A stretch of DNA of 64,000 bases from Amphiscolops sp. MND2022 (taxonomy: Eukaryota). Positions 60,672 through 64,000 of this stretch are shown here, one piece after another. The stretch spans positions 45,138,001 to 45,202,000 of the forward strand of contig OZ076413.1 of assembly GCA_964187785.1 (NCBI GenBank), read 5' to 3'. Under the pieces are notes generated by a model. It was not told the origin of the DNA. It saw only the letters and a program-made list of their open reading frames with translations, and made no database searches. Both the position numbers and the translations under genes were made by a program. The number at the start of each line of letters is the position of its first letter. The stretch's first letter is position 1.

Positions 60672-60969
60672 TCGTTTTTCGGAAAAGAAAACCCTCAAGG
60701 AGCCCGATGGCTGAAAACAGACCACCAAGCGGCACGTAGCCCTGATCTTTGACCGGGCTCACCACTCCTCTTGACCTCAGGTCAAGGCTGTGTGGACTGG
60801 ATGTGAGAATAGAGAAACTGTGAAAGGGTGAGCCATGTCGGGTCGGCAATCTAGTATGTAACCCGAACATCATTTGTCGAAATTCCAGGGCAGTCAAATC
60901 AGCGAATTTGTTCAATCTCAGTTCATAAGACACTTGACCCCGTTTGTACATTTCATTGTGTATGTCTAT
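60672..60969 (-). CDS. Cathepsin L-like gene 2, exon 2
   Basis: Acceptor TTTTAG, donor GTAGGT, 298 nt exactly as gene 1 exon 2; IDIHN, LNKFADLT, PHSLDLR, VSPVKDQGYVPLGGLFSA; exon 1 not found in the window. Confidence 0.92.
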
Positions 60970-61789
60970 CTAAAACGAAATAAAGCTTTAAAAGCGCAAG
61001 TCATAGCGAAAAACAAAAGTTTACTGATCTGAATTGACCTGAAATGCCATCTAACATGTTTTGCCCATATTTCCATTACTAATTGAAGTTTACTAACTGA
61101 GCGACGTTTTTTCTTCAAAAAATTTGACAAGTTTCAAAATTAAACCCAAATTGGAGGGGTTCTCCCATGAATTCAACTGGCATTACTTAGTTCTGTACAA
61201 TTTGTATTTGTAGAGAGTTTAGAAATTTTTAGTTGATCCTAAAATGACCTCAAAATACCACCAAAACAGTCATATTTTCGACTTTAACCTTTTTGTGCAG
61301 TTTTTGTGCGGGTTTCGAAAATTTTTGTAAATTTGAATAACCAAAAGCTCCATAGCGGATAAACCAGCTGTCCGCAACGCTTTTCGATGAAAAATCCGGA
61401 AAGTGTTTTTGAGAAAGTGTCTCAAAATGACACCAAAATAGTTTAAAAACCGGAAAAGTCTATTTCAGTCGGTTCTACACTCTGGAAACAAGTGGACTAT
61501 AGCCATGGATTTCGTCAATTTTTTCGATATCTGAACTATCCAAAATGGTTCTACAAGTTCTTCAGTTTTGGCAAATTTAATTTTTTCTCGGATTCGAGTC
61601 TCGCATTAAACCAAAAACTTTTGGTTCGCAAAATCTTTCGAAATATTTTTCAATCGAAGTGATTTAATTTTTAGCCCCATTTTGATTTTGCAGCAGGAAC
61701 AAAGCGTTTCGCGAGCATAGAGATTCAGGTTCGGTTTTTACAGCACAATGTGACGTTCCGAAGATTTAAAAAATTTTGTGGTAACACGT

Positions 61790-64000
61790 TTTACAAAACT
61801 TTTCCTCTATTTGGGGCTCGAGCTTTGCGAGATGCCCATATGGTGACGTTTTTGGGGCACGAGCGGAGCGAGATGCCCATATGGTGACGTTTTTTTTTCG
61901 CAGATTTCGTGACATGTGCCAACTTTTCAAACGTGTGCGGCAAATTTCTCAAAACCCATAACAGATACGGACACCATGTTTCCGCTAAAAATTGCGCAGG
62001 TTCCAGGGCTACATTTTCGTCGAAAAAAAATTCGAAAAAATTCGGCTTCATGGTTTTTTTTAAAAAAGAAGTTTTGAAAAAACGCTATTTTTGACTGTTT
62101 TTTATGTTTGATCCCCTATTTCTCACAACCAGGACCAAATACAGGGTCCATGGTTTCGTGTAATTTACAAGCGTTTCATAGGCTACATTTTCGCTCAAAA
62201 TTGGCGTCAAATTTTTTTTCAGACTTGGTTTTTTGGGCAAAAAATGGATGAAAAAAATGTCGAAAATTTTTTTCTCATTTGTAGCTCATATTACTCAAAA
62301 CTGACGAAAGATACAGAAACCGTTCTCCCTCAAGATAAACAGCAAGGATGTAAGCTAGGTTTTGTACCAACAAAATTTCCGTCATCACGTATGACGCGTT
62401 CGTTTTTCTGCTAAAAATACTTGTTTTTTTTTGAAAAATTTTCCTATTTATTTTATACTTGAGCCCCTATATCTCAAGACCGAGAACAAATACGCAGTCC
62501 ATGGTTTCGTAATTTGTACTAGGGCTCAGTAGGCTGCGTTTAAAACCAATAATGACGTTGAATTTTTTTTGCTCCGGTTTTTTTGGGCAAATAAAGGGAT
62601 GAAGAAGAAATTTGAAAAATTTCCCATTTTTTCATAATTTGTAACTGATTTTCCTCAGAACTGAAAAGAGATACGAAAAACCTTTGTCCTAGCCAAAAGT
62701 TGGGTAGAATGCTTGGCTACCTTTTCTTTGAAAAAATTTTTCAAAAAGAATTCGGCTTCCTGGCTTTTTTTGAAAAAAGTTTTGAAAAAACGCAAATTTT
62801 TAGAGTGTTTCAACTTTCTTCCCTTATTTCTCAAAACCGAGACCAGATACAGGGTTTCGTATATTATACAAGCGTTTCGTGGGCTACATTTTTGCTAAAA
62901 AATGACGTCAATCTTTTTTCCGACTGCGCTTTTTGGGCAAAAAATGGATGAAAAAAATTCGAAAATTTTTTTCTACTTTGTAGCTCATATTTCTCAACAC
63001 TGACGAAAGATACAGAAACCATTCTTCCTCAAGACAAATAGCAAGGATGTGGGCTTTTTTTGTACTAATCAAGTTTTTGTCATCAAGTATGACGCCTTCG
63101 TTTTTCTGCTAAAAATACTTGATTTTTTTGAAAAAATTTCTCAGTTCTTTTTTACTCGAGCTTGTATATCTGTATGTATATCAGGACCGAGAACGAATAC
63201 GGAGTCCATGGTTTCGTAATTTGTACGAGGGTTCAGTAGGCTATGTGTAAAGGTAAAAATGACGTCGACTTTTTTTCGCTCTGGTATTTTTGGGCAAATA
63301 AATGGATGAAGAAAAAATTCGAAAAATTTCCCTTTTTTCCCAAATTGTAACTGATTTTTCTCAGAAGTGAAAGTAGATACGAAAACCATTCTCCCTCACA
63401 GAGTTATGCAAAGATGTTGGCTAGTTCTTGTACTATCAAAGTTTCCGTCATCAAGTATGACGCCTACGTTTTTCTGCTAAAATTACAATTTTCATTTTTC
63501 TCAAACTTCAATTTCTCACCTTTCTTTTTAGTTCTTTCATCTAAATTTTCTTGATCTGAGACTAGATAAGTTCACTAGGTTTTGGAATCTGGGATACACA
63601 CATTTTCTAGCACCTTCTGCAGACCATTGAACGTTTCTGCTCGTGCCCAAGCGCGACATGCCGTCGCGCCTATGTTTGGGGCACGAGCTTTGCGAGATGC
63701 CCATATGGTGACGTTTTTTTTCGCAGATTTCGTGACATGTGCCAATTTTTCAAACTTGTGAGGCAAATTTCTCAAAACACAGAACAGATACAGACACCAT
63801 GTTTTTGCTAAAAGTTGCGCAGGATCCTAAGCTACATTTTCGCCGAAAAAAGTTTTCGAAAAAAATTCGGCTTCATAGGTTTTTTTCAAGAGAATTTTTG
63901 AAAAAACGCTATTTTTGACTATTTTCCATCTTTAATCCCCTATATCTCGGAACTGAGTCCGAATATAGGGTCCATGGTTTCGTAAATTGTACAAGCGTTT
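61790..64000. repeat. Complex satellite-like repeat (~353-bp unit, ~705-bp dimer, ~1.86-kb duplication)
   Basis: GTCCATGGTTTCGT near 62146, 62497, 62850 (partial), 63203, 63970; about 61810-62130 repeated at about 63670-63960. Confidence 0.75.

Noticed and set aside
1..64000. Prokaryotic systems (CRISPR arrays, retrons, operons)
   Set aside because: Spliceosomal introns and LTR elements indicate eukaryotic DNA; no repeat-spacer array seen

Overview
AT-rich eukaryotic (invertebrate-like) genomic DNA dominated by repeats. The host content is two tandem minus-strand cathepsin-L/papain-family (C1A) paralogs. Gene 1 is complete (3 exons, 9082-6353, about 337 aa). Gene 2 lacks exon 1 in the window; its exon 2 is at 60969-60672 and its exon 3 is split into 43131-42885 and 41423-41141. 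Both appear catalytically dead (Cys->Gly, His->Phe). Two related, very large Ty3/Gypsy LTR retrotransposons fill about 34 kb. Element 1 (21219-40314, minus, 19.1 kb) has 715-bp LTRs differing at 1 site. Element 2 (44820-59873, plus, 15.1 kb) has 773-bp LTRs and sits in intron 2 of gene 2. Both show unusual shared traits: apparent 3-bp target-site duplications, an identical PBS displaced 15-16 nt from the LTR, a degenerate plus intact tandem protease, and an integrase tail with an AT-hook-like patch, a CxxCx4CxC motif and two TARG1-like macrodomains. Element 1 also has a large env-position ORF with an SGNH-like domain. A 1.46-kb insertion in gene 2 exon 3 could be spliced out precisely only as a GG-AG intron. 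The rest is SINEs, Helentron/HINE-like repeats, a MITE-like element, a BEL/Pao gag fragment and degenerate satellites. All domain calls are by-eye motif comparisons; no database searches were run.
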